39,349 nt of DNA from Crocinitomicaceae bacterium (GTDB lineage Bacteria; Bacteroidota; Bacteroidia; Flavobacteriales_D; Sanyastnellaceae), in contig PBEE01000014.1 of NCBI GenBank assembly GCA_002717605.1, positions 1 through 39,349 on the forward strand, given 5' to 3'. The notes below the pieces were generated by a model, which saw nothing but the letters and a program-made list of their open reading frames with translations, made no database searches and was not told the origin of the DNA. The position numbers and the translations under genes are program-made. Below, piece by piece: positions 10,144-17,127 of the stretch. Every line of letters begins with the position of its first letter. Position 1 is the stretch's first letter.

Positions 10144-11066
10144 CACGTTGTCATCCTTAATATACTGAGTTCTTGTTCTGTTAGGTGCCTCCAAGTTCCG
10201 CGTGGAGTGTCTTTCTTGTTCAAGCATCCAAAGATCACTCTGTCTAACTTGGTTACTCTATATGCAAAATGCTCGAATATTCTTTTTACAATCCTGTTCC
10301 TGCCAGAGTGTATTTCAACTCCAATTTGTCTAGGATCGTCCTTTACAAAACTTGCCTTTTCTACTCTTACAAACTTCTCGTCAAGCACAAACCCTTCTAA
10401 CATTGCTAACAGGTGTTCTTTTTTAACCTTCTCGTATGTTGTTGCATGATATAGGTTTCTAACCCCTGTTTTGGGATTTGACAATCTCTTCGCCATTTCA
10501 CCATCGTTAGTTAAAAGTAATAAGCCAGTGGTATCCTTATCAATCCTTCCTACTGGGTAAACACGTTCTTTGCAAGCGCCCTTAATCAATTGCATTACAG
10601 TCCTTCTTCCACGTGGATCTTCCGCAGTTGCCAGGAAGTTTTTGGGCTTGTTAAGAAGGACATATCTCTTTGCCTCAGCCTTAATCGTGTCCCCTTCAAC
10701 TTGTACTTTATCAGTTGAAACTACTTTATAACCCATCTTAGTTACAACCTTTCCGTTTACACTAACTACGCCAGCAGCAATTAGCACGTCTGCCTCTCGT
10801 CTCGAGCAAATGCCTGCTTGAGAAACGAAGCGATTAAGCCTCATTGGAGCATTAGAGTCTGATAGCGGCTTTTGCTTTAGCGACGCTTTTCTCTTCGAAT
10901 CATAACTTGGCTTATGCCCCTTTACCTTCTTTGGCGTAGCTTTTACTCCTGGACCCTTTTGACTAAGCTTTCTCCCTGAAGTTTTTTGCTTAGGGACAAA
11001 TGATTTCGATTCGGGCTTGGTCCTCCGGGCGCCTCCACGGCGGCCTGAACCTCGTTGATTTTTCAT
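10143..11066 (-). CDS. rluB: RluB/RsuA-family rRNA pseudouridine synthase with S4 domain and a ~74-aa Lys/Arg-rich N-terminal extension
   Basis: S4 motif MRLNRFVSQAGICSRREADVLI. Catalytic loop PVGRIDKDTTGLLLLTNDG. The N-terminus MKNQRGSGRRGGARRTKPESKS... is low-complexity and basic. Confidence 0.85.
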   Translation of the reverse strand: MKNQRGSGRRGGARRTKPESKSFVPKQKTSGRKLSQKGPGVKATPKKVKGHKPSYDSKRKASLKQKPLSDSNAPMRLNRFVSQAGICSRREADVLIAAGVVSVNGKVVTKMGYKVVSTDKVQVEGDTIKAEAKRYVLLNKPKNFLATAEDPRGRRTVMQLIKGACKERVYPVGRIDKDTTGLLLLTNDGEMAKRLSNPKTGVRNLYHATTYEKVKKEHLLAMLEGFVLDEKFVRVEKASFVKDDPRQIGVEIHSGRNRIVKRIFEHFAYRVTKLDRVIFGCLNKKDTPRGTWRHLTEQELSILRMTT

Positions 11067-11085
11067 TTTCTAATGATTGAAGTCA

Positions 11086-11093
11086 CAAAGATA
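11086..11093 (-). promoter_or_regulatory. Candidate Bacteroidetes -7 promoter box (TATCTTTG on the minus strand) upstream of the rluB-like operon
   Basis: Perfect match to the TAnnTTTG consensus, ending 19 nt upstream of the ATG at 11066. I could not find a clear -33 TTG. Confidence 0.3.
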
Positions 11094-11167
11094 ACTAGAT
11101 AAGAAATGATAAGGGATTTGGAGCATAGAATGTTTGTGAGCGTTTGGCCTTAATTCACAGAGATAAA

Positions 11168-12025
11168 TTATCTAAGTTCAATCATCGTTTTGCCTATCAC
11201 AACCTCCTCTTCAAATATCACGATTTGGTACATTCCAGAAGTAAGTTCAGCAGATTCATCAGCGGTATAGAAAATACATGCATCTAGTCTGTCATTCGCA
11301 TAGTCAATAGTTCGCTTAGCGCTAAATTCAGCCCCTTGTTCAAACACAAGAAGAGTGCTGTCTGGAGCCAAAATATTTAAGTATAGATTTTTATCCCCTG
11401 ATTCGGCAATTGCGTTTTCAAGGAGGGTAAAGCATACCTTGATCATATCGGCCCTATCGGCCCTTGTCGTTTCTCTCTGTCTACCGGACGAAAGAAGGCG
11501 AATACCAACAGCACTAATTTCCGAGCATTGTAAAACCTGACCAGAGGCGATTATTTCTTCCATATTTACTTGACGACGTTCTAGCTTGTCGTTTCTGTCT
11601 TTGACTTCTTCAAATTGCTCTTTAATTGCAAGATTTTCTTCTGTAAGAGCGATGTTTAATTGATTGACTGAATCAATTGTAGCAATGTACCCCTTCATTA
11701 TAGACCTTAGCGTTTCAGACTCTTTTTTCGCTTTTGACAAAGCCCAGTTCCCATTTTTAACTTGAGTGATTAAGTCGTCAATTCTATCTCTTTGGGCAGC
11801 GATTTCTGCTATCATCATTGAGTTCTCCGTTTGAAGCGTATCATATGAAAATCGCATTTTTTCTAGGTCAAAAACAACTTGTTCTTTTGATAGCTCTAAT
11901 TGTCCGTATTCGCCAGTAAGCTTTTTGTAATCTTGATTATTGACATAAAGTTTTGCTCCAAGGAAAACGCAAAGAACAGTGAGACCAGCGATTGCAATGA
12001 AAGATTGTTTTTGAGTAAGATTCAT
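11168..12025 (-). CDS. Hypothetical membrane-anchored coiled-coil protein
   Basis: 285 aa from the Met at 12025 (MNLTQKQSFIAIAGLTVLCVFLGA is a single N-terminal TM). It has about 150 aa of heptad-rich sequence (LELSKEQVVFDLEKMRF..., EENLAIKEQFEEVKDRNDKLERRQ) and a C-terminal beta-rich domain. I recognise no family. Confidence 0.6.
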   Translation of the reverse strand: MNLTQKQSFIAIAGLTVLCVFLGAKLYVNNQDYKKLTGEYGQLELSKEQVVFDLEKMRFSYDTLQTENSMMIAEIAAQRDRIDDLITQVKNGNWALSKAKKESETLRSIMKGYIATIDSVNQLNIALTEENLAIKEQFEEVKDRNDKLERRQVNMEEIIASGQVLQCSEISAVGIRLLSSGRQRETTRADRADMIKVCFTLLENAIAESGDKNLYLNILAPDSTLLVFEQGAEFSAKRTIDYANDRLDACIFYTADESAELTSGMYQIVIFEEEVVIGKTMIELR

Positions 12026-12176
12026 TTTGAAAGAATTCTTTACAAAGATGCAGTGAAAATTGATTTTTAGCACAAACACACTGCATGTAACTTAATGGAA
12101 CAGCCGTGTTTAAGATTAAACAGATGTAGTTTAATCAAACATCTTTCCTTTCCACGGGCTAAATAATTTAATCTAA

Positions 12177-12209
12177 CCCCCCCTGAATTGCTTTAGCAAA
12201 CAGGGGGGG
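12177..12209 (-). terminator. GC-clamped hairpin immediately 3' of tRNA-Cys, a probable intrinsic terminator
   Basis: CCCCCCCTG (12177-12185) pairs with CAGGGGGGG (12201-12209). The 15-nt loop can form a further TTGC/GCAA stem. On the minus strand an A/T-rich tract follows it. Confidence 0.5.
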
Positions 12210-12210
12210 A

Positions 12211-12284
12211 TGGAGGTCCGAAGCGGATTCGAACCGCTGTAGCTGCTTTTGCAGAGCAGAGCCTAGCCACTCGGCCATCGGACC
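12211..12284 (-). tRNA. tRNA-Cys (anticodon GCA), CCA encoded
   Basis: The minus-strand sequence GGTCCGA-TG-GCC-GAGTGGCTA-GGC-T-CTGCT-CTGCAAA-AGCAG-CTAC-AGCGG-TTCGAAT-CCGCT-TCGGACC-T-CCA folds by hand into a 74-nt cloverleaf. It has a 7-bp acceptor stem, a GTTCGAATC T-loop, anticodon loop CTGCAAA and discriminator U. Confidence 0.9.
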
Positions 12285-12344
12285 AAAGGACTGCAAATAT
12301 ACACAACTCTTCTAGAAAGCCCGGCAGAAGGCTATCTTAGCATT

Positions 12345-13088
12345 ATGAACGCAAAAGCTATAATTCCTAACTCATTTACTATGTGTAATTTACTGGGAGG
12401 ATCATATGTTTGTTGGGTTGCAGCAGCGGGAGGCAATTTGACTGATGGCGTTGTTGCGACAGTTTGGTTAATTGCGATGCTTTGCGATTTATTAGACGGA
12501 CTAGTCGCTAGAAAACTGGGCGTGGATGGTCCATTAGGTTTGCAGTTAGACTCGCTGGCAGATGTGGTGACAGGGGGTCTAGCCCCAGCGTTTGTTGCTT
12601 ATAGATTACTCATTGATGAGGATTGCGTTTTTTCTAGAATTTTAGCACTCACTCCGATGACAAGAGTTTTGCCTTGGGCTCTTGCAATTGCATCAGCTTA
12701 TAGGCTCGCAAGATTTAATGTGAATGCTTCAAAAGAGTCTGATAAAAAATATTTTGAAGGGCTTCCAGCGCCAGCTTCTAGTATATTTTGGATGGGAATG
12801 ATTGTTTGGTCTGGAGGAACTCATTCGTCAATTGAATCTCAAGCAATACTCATTATCGGGGGTATAGGTTTAGTGTTCTTGCCAATTTTTATGATATTAA
12901 AAAGAAAGTTTTTTTCACTTAAAGACTGGGGAGATGACGTTCATTTTGACAATAAAAGAAAGGTGTTTGTTGCTCTTTCAATACTTGTTACTGCTTGTGT
13001 ATTTTTCGTATGGCATAATGTGTTTGTAGCGGCGCCGTTGTCCGTACTTTTGTACTCATGTTTTGCATTTGCATTAGCACCAAAATAA
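12345..13088 (+). CDS. pssA: CDP-alcohol phosphatidyltransferase, phosphatidylserine synthase-like
   Basis: 247 aa, polytopic. Contains the signature D-G-x2-A-R-x8-G-x3-D-x3-D as DLLDGLVARKLGVDGPLGLQLDSLAD. Confidence 0.8.
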   Translation: MNAKAIIPNSFTMCNLLGGSYVCWVAAAGGNLTDGVVATVWLIAMLCDLLDGLVARKLGVDGPLGLQLDSLADVVTGGLAPAFVAYRLLIDEDCVFSRILALTPMTRVLPWALAIASAYRLARFNVNASKESDKKYFEGLPAPASSIFWMGMIVWSGGTHSSIESQAILIIGGIGLVFLPIFMILKRKFFSLKDWGDDVHFDNKRKVFVALSILVTACVFFVWHNVFVAAPLSVLLYSCFAFALAPK

Positions 13089-13101
13089 ACAAACTTCAGA
13101 A

Positions 13102-13353
13102 ATGAAATTTCGCGCAGATATTGACATAATGCCTCTTCCAGCATTACTTGACCCTCAAGGGAAAGCAGTAAGTAATACCATGCCTCAGATGGGGCTTGGA
13201 GAGATTGTTGGGGTAAGAATAGGCAAGCATATTACAATGGAAATTGATGCGGCGGACAAAGCCACCGCTGAATCTAAAGTGATAGAAGCATGCGAAAAGC
13301 TCCTTGTGAACCAAATCATGGAGCATTTTGTATTTCATCTAGAAGAGGTCTAA
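13102..13353 (+). CDS. purS: Phosphoribosylformylglycinamidine synthase subunit PurS
   Basis: 83 aa. The LLDPQGKAV motif and the size are typical of PurS. Starts 13 nt after the pssA stop. Confidence 0.85.
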   Translation: MKFRADIDIMPLPALLDPQGKAVSNTMPQMGLGEIVGVRIGKHITMEIDAADKATAESKVIEACEKLLVNQIMEHFVFHLEEV

Positions 13354-13589
13354 ATTAACGAAACCTCATACTCTAAAAATTTTGTTCTAAATAAAATTAT
13401 GAATACGAGTGTTTGGGATACTCCTAGAAGAGAAATTGCGCAATATTTCAAGTTGTTAAATACAGGATTTGACAAAATAGTAGGCCAAAGCCGTGATTAA
13501 GAAATATGCTCTCATTATTAAATCTAGTTAATACTATATAAGCAAAGTGCCAATAAAACGATGTTTGAAAATAAGGGTTAAGCCTCAAA

Positions 13590-14096
13590 TTAGATTAATC
13601 TTAAAGTAATCAACAGAGCAAAAATTTCAACTTCTGTCGGCTCTCCTTGCAAAAACGCTACAATGTCAAATGGGCTAATGCTATCTTCCTTATAAACGCA
13701 TAAAGCCCCTCTATAGTTTGGGTTTGGGCGAATTGTGTATACCAAATCCAGTTCAAAATTACTATCCCCAATGTAGATTCTGCCCTCGTTAAATGTGTAG
13801 CTAATTGCATCTGAAAAATATGATTCGCCTATGTAGAGCTTTCCCTCTCTATAGGCGTAGGCTATATCAAAACTCGAGCTGCTATATCCCTTAAAAATCC
13901 TGTTATTTTGAACGGTATATTCTATTTCTCCCCGCCAATCAGGGCCCATTATCACAACACCATTATCGATATGGCAAGCCATTTGGTCCCAAGTCATCTG
14001 GACATCTGTGTACACATAGGTTTGGGCGAGGGAAAAATTAATGGCAGCAGCCCAAATCGCGACAACGCAGCCCAAAATTCGCTTCAAGTTACCCAT
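13590..14096 (-). CDS. Hypothetical secreted protein with three tandem 20-aa beta-strand-like repeats
   Basis: 168 aa. Signal peptide MGNLKRILGCVVAIWAAAINFSLAQ. Repeats are IEYTVQNNRIFKGYSSSSFD / IAYAYREGKLYIGESYFSDA / ISYTFNEGRIYIGDSNFELD. The start overlaps the stop of the upstream PLP enzyme by 8 nt (ATGGGTAA). Confidence 0.6.
   Translation of the reverse strand: MGNLKRILGCVVAIWAAAINFSLAQTYVYTDVQMTWDQMACHIDNGVVIMGPDWRGEIEYTVQNNRIFKGYSSSSFDIAYAYREGKLYIGESYFSDAISYTFNEGRIYIGDSNFELDLVYTIRPNPNYRGALCVYKEDSISPFDIVAFLQGEPTEVEIFALLITLRLI
13746..13925 (-). repeat. 3 x 60-nt coding repeat (20-aa units, consensus I-x-Y-[TA]-x3-[GN]-[RK]-[IL]-[YF]-x-G-x-S-x-F-x-[DA])
   Basis: Read directly from the translation of 13590..14096, aa 58-117. 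A degenerate fourth unit (LVYTIRPNPNY...) follows. Confidence 0.5.
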
Positions 14097-15372
14097 TTAC
14101 ACAGCTCGTTTCATCTTTTAAAGATAAACGAGCCGCGCCTAGTGCTGTATCAATGTCAGCAATCAAATCGTCGGCATTTTCAAGTCCAATCGACAACCTC
14201 ACCAAGCCTTCAGTAATCCCAGTTCTTTCCTTTTCCTCAGGGCTTACTCCTGCATGAGTCATGCTCGCAGGATGTTCGGCAAGTGACTCAGTCGACCCAA
14301 GACTCACGGCAAGCTTAAATACGTCTAAAGAATCAAGGAATGCAAAAGCGGCCTTTCGTCCTCCAGGAATTTCAATGGCCATCATTGCCCCGCCATTTTT
14401 CTGTTGTTTGTGAACGATTTCGGCTGCTTTATAGTCGCCAGCTTTAGCAAGGTCCTCTTCCCAAGCAGAGAAGGTTTTTAGATCTGATTGTTCTTGGAGA
14501 AAGTTAAGAATTTTTCTTGCCGACTCTACTTGTCTTTCAACTCTAACATGTAGTGTTTCCATTGATCTTGCAAGCAGCCAACTAGTCCAGGGGTCTGCCA
14601 TGCCTCCAAAGAAAGTGCGGTATTCGAACACCTTGGCCATTGCTTCAGAATCTCCACTTACCGCTCCTGCAACAACGTCGCTATGACCTCCGATATACTT
14701 GGTTGCAGAATAAAGATTTAAGTGAGCTCCCATGTCTAAAGGCCTTTGGATAATTGGGCCAAGGAAGGTGTTGTCCACGGCGACAATTACTTTTTCCTTT
14801 TCAGTAGAGTTCTCTTTTGACCACTTGGTAGCTAGCTCAATATCGTGAACTTGAAGTGTAGGATTAGCAGGAGTTTCCATATAAATCATTCCCGGCAAAC
14901 CCGGGCTGACGTCCATGGTTGCTAGGTCGTCAAGGCAATTCATACGGATCACATCAACTCCCATTTTTGGCAAGATATCGTCAATTATGTGTTGCGTTCC
15001 GCCGTAAAGTGGGCCAACATACCAAAGAGGCCTATACATAGAAGTGTGGGCCATCAAAGCAGTGCTGATTGCAGCCATTCCACTTGCAAAAAACGCAGCA
15101 GTATCTGTGTCGTCCCAGCTTGCTAGTCTTTTTTCTGCAACACTAAGGGTAGGGTTGCCAAGTCTAGAATAGATGAACCCATCCTCTGGTGGAGTTTCAG
15201 CTCCTTCAATTCCATAGGCTGTCTGCATATGTGCAGCACCTGTTCTTGCATCTGGGAAAATAAAAGTTGACGCAGGGTGAATAGGTGGCTTAACAGCGCC
15301 AGAATTCTCGGTAGGATCGTATCCAGCAAATATTGAACGCGTTTCTAGTCTGTGGTTTTTGTTCGGCTTCAT
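14089..15372 (-). CDS. PLP-dependent Cys/Met-metabolism enzyme, methionine gamma-lyase / cystathionine gamma-synthase family
   Basis: 427 aa. PLP-lysine motif SATKYIGGHSDVVAG. YSRLGNPT and ESLAEHPASMTH are typical of this family. Confidence 0.85.
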   Translation of the reverse strand: MKPNKNHRLETRSIFAGYDPTENSGAVKPPIHPASTFIFPDARTGAAHMQTAYGIEGAETPPEDGFIYSRLGNPTLSVAEKRLASWDDTDTAAFFASGMAAISTALMAHTSMYRPLWYVGPLYGGTQHIIDDILPKMGVDVIRMNCLDDLATMDVSPGLPGMIYMETPANPTLQVHDIELATKWSKENSTEKEKVIVAVDNTFLGPIIQRPLDMGAHLNLYSATKYIGGHSDVVAGAVSGDSEAMAKVFEYRTFFGGMADPWTSWLLARSMETLHVRVERQVESARKILNFLQEQSDLKTFSAWEEDLAKAGDYKAAEIVHKQQKNGGAMMAIEIPGGRKAAFAFLDSLDVFKLAVSLGSTESLAEHPASMTHAGVSPEEKERTGITEGLVRLSIGLENADDLIADIDTALGAARLSLKDETSCVNG

Positions 15373-15493
15373 GCTCTAAAATTAGATAAATGTTTTGTTG
15401 TTTTTGTCGCAGAGTGAACAAATGCGTTTAATTTTTCGCAAATAATTAAAATTGTGCTAATTTGTGCTCTGAAATGCAAGAAATACTGAACAA

Positions 15494-15940
15494 ATGAATC
15501 TTCTTGACGCTTTAGACCGTACAATTGTCGACCATTTAAGGTTTGACGGTCGTTCTTCAATGCAGGACCTGAGCGAGCTTACGGGGCTGAGCCGTTCCGC
15601 TGTGTTTGCAAGAGTTAAAAGGCTTGAATCTGACAGGATTATACAGGGCTACACGGTAAAATTGGACAGGAGAAAAATGGGTCTTGAGATTAGAGCATTC
15701 TGTAGTGTGAATTTAAAACTTCACGAAAGAGCAGCGCTAGAGGATTTTGAGCACAGTATCGGTGAATTCAGAGAAGTAAAGGCATGTTACCACCTTACGG
15801 GTTCTTCAGATTATATGGTGGAAATTCAGGTTGCAGACATGGATTCATATCACAAATTCATAACTCATAGGCTCGCAGCTATGGACAACATAGCCCAAGT
15901 AAAAAGCATGTTCGTTATGAATGAAATCATAGAGAAATAA
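15494..15940 (+). CDS. Lrp/AsnC-family transcriptional regulator
   Basis: 148 aa. N-terminal HTH (LDRTIVDHLRFDGRSSMQDLSELTGLSRSAVFARVKRLE) and a C-terminal RAM/AsnC_trans_reg domain. Divergent from the PLP enzyme across a 121-bp spacer. Confidence 0.88.
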   Translation: MNLLDALDRTIVDHLRFDGRSSMQDLSELTGLSRSAVFARVKRLESDRIIQGYTVKLDRRKMGLEIRAFCSVNLKLHERAALEDFEHSIGEFREVKACYHLTGSSDYMVEIQVADMDSYHKFITHRLAAMDNIAQVKSMFVMNEIIEK

Positions 15941-15942
15941 GC

Positions 15943-17127
15943 TTATTCAGCCATAGCAGCAATGCCCGGCAACACCTTTCCTTCAAGGTATTCTAACATT
16001 GCACCACCTCCTGTGCTAACATAACTAACCTTGTCGGCAAGTTTGGCCGCATTTATTGCTGCTACAGAATCTCCACCACCAATTAATGTGTAACCGCCGA
16101 GATCTGTTACCTCTTTTAGTGCTTTTGCAACTGTAAATGTTCCATTTGAGAATTTTTCAAACTCAAAAACTCCCATTGGTCCATTCCAAAGAATTGTTTT
16201 GCTTGTGCGAACAGCTTCAGCAAACCTATTTGCAGATTCAGGTCCGATGTCTAAGCCCATCCAACCCTGGGGAATCTCAGCAGTAGCACACGCTTTAGCG
16301 TTTGCGTCCGCAGAAAAATTGTCAGCCACAACGCTGTCTATCGGTAAGTAAACTTCAACGTCTTTTTCTTGAGCCTTCTTTAAAATATCTAATGCTCGAG
16401 GAACCATATCCTCTTCTACCAAGCTATTTCCTACGTTTCCGCCTTGGGCCAAAACAAATGTGTAAGCCATCCCACCACCTATCATCAATCTATCAACCTT
16501 ATCTACTAGGTTTTCTAGGATGGCAAGCTTAGAGCTAACCTTTGCTCCACCAATTATTGCTAATAGCGGGCTAGCTGGCTCTGCCATCACTTTACTCAAG
16601 GCATTAATTTCACTCTGCAACAATAAGCCAAAGGCCTTGTCTAAAGGGAAAAATCTTGTAATTACAGCTGTAGAAGCGTGTGCTCTATGCGCTGTACCAA
16701 ATGCATCATTCACATAGACATCTCCGCTTTCAGCTAATTGCCCAGCAAAAAACTCGTCACCTTCTTTCTCTTCAGGATGAAATCGCAAGTTTTCCAATAG
16801 AGCAACTTCACCGGGCTTCAATGTTTGAGTAATATCCAACGCAACATCACCAATACAATTCTTTGCAAATTTCACATGAAGCCCCAATAATTCATTAAGT
16901 TTTGAAACGAGATGACAAAGGCTAAACTCTTGACACACTCCCTTGGGCCTCCCCATATGACTTATTAAAACAACCGAAGCACCGCCATCTAATAAATACT
17001 TTATAGTAGGAAGAGCTCTTCTAATGCGAGTATCGTCTTGGACTTGAAAAGTCTCGTCCAAGGGGACGTTAAAATCAACTCTAACAAGAACTCTTTTGCC
17101 CTTGATTTTTAGATGTGAAAGTGACAT
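15943..17127 (-). CDS. pgk: Phosphoglycerate kinase
   Basis: 394 aa. Motifs RVDFNVP, SHMGRPKG, FGTAHRAHAST and STGGGAMLEYLEG. Confidence 0.95.
   Translation of the reverse strand: MSLSHLKIKGKRVLVRVDFNVPLDETFQVQDDTRIRRALPTIKYLLDGGASVVLISHMGRPKGVCQEFSLCHLVSKLNELLGLHVKFAKNCIGDVALDITQTLKPGEVALLENLRFHPEEKEGDEFFAGQLAESGDVYVNDAFGTAHRAHASTAVITRFFPLDKAFGLLLQSEINALSKVMAEPASPLLAIIGGAKVSSKLAILENLVDKVDRLMIGGGMAYTFVLAQGGNVGNSLVEEDMVPRALDILKKAQEKDVEVYLPIDSVVADNFSADANAKACATAEIPQGWMGLDIGPESANRFAEAVRTSKTILWNGPMGVFEFEKFSNGTFTVAKALKEVTDLGGYTLIGGGDSVAAINAAKLADKVSYVSTGGGAMLEYLEGKVLPGIAAMAE

Noticed and set aside
10144-10227. Upstream extension of the GT2 ORF (track start 10227), and likewise 12026..12079 for the coiled-coil ORF
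   Set aside because: The extensions overlap the upstream gene or a promoter-like region and add non-homologous residues. The internal Met codons give canonical N-termini: MNDSLVIIPTYN for the GT2 and an MNLTQK...TM helix for the coiled-coil protein.
9964-10449. 161-aa plus-strand ORF
   Set aside because: It is antisense to the GT2 and RluB-like genes, which both have strong motif support. The sequence is Ser/Leu/Phe-rich and looks like a shadow ORF.
12177-12344. tRNA-Cys as an integration site for a genomic island or prophage
   Set aside because: There is no integrase, excisionase or phage gene on either side, and I did not see a direct repeat of the tRNA 3' half elsewhere in the window. 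Both flanking genes are ordinary.
15369-15560. 63-aa minus-strand ORF across the MGL/Lrp divergent spacer, and a possible riboswitch (SAM or other) upstream of the PLP enzyme
   Set aside because: The ORF overlaps the Lrp start in antisense and has no features. The 121-bp spacer is too short and AT-rich to hold the conserved helices of known SAM or other amino-acid riboswitches.
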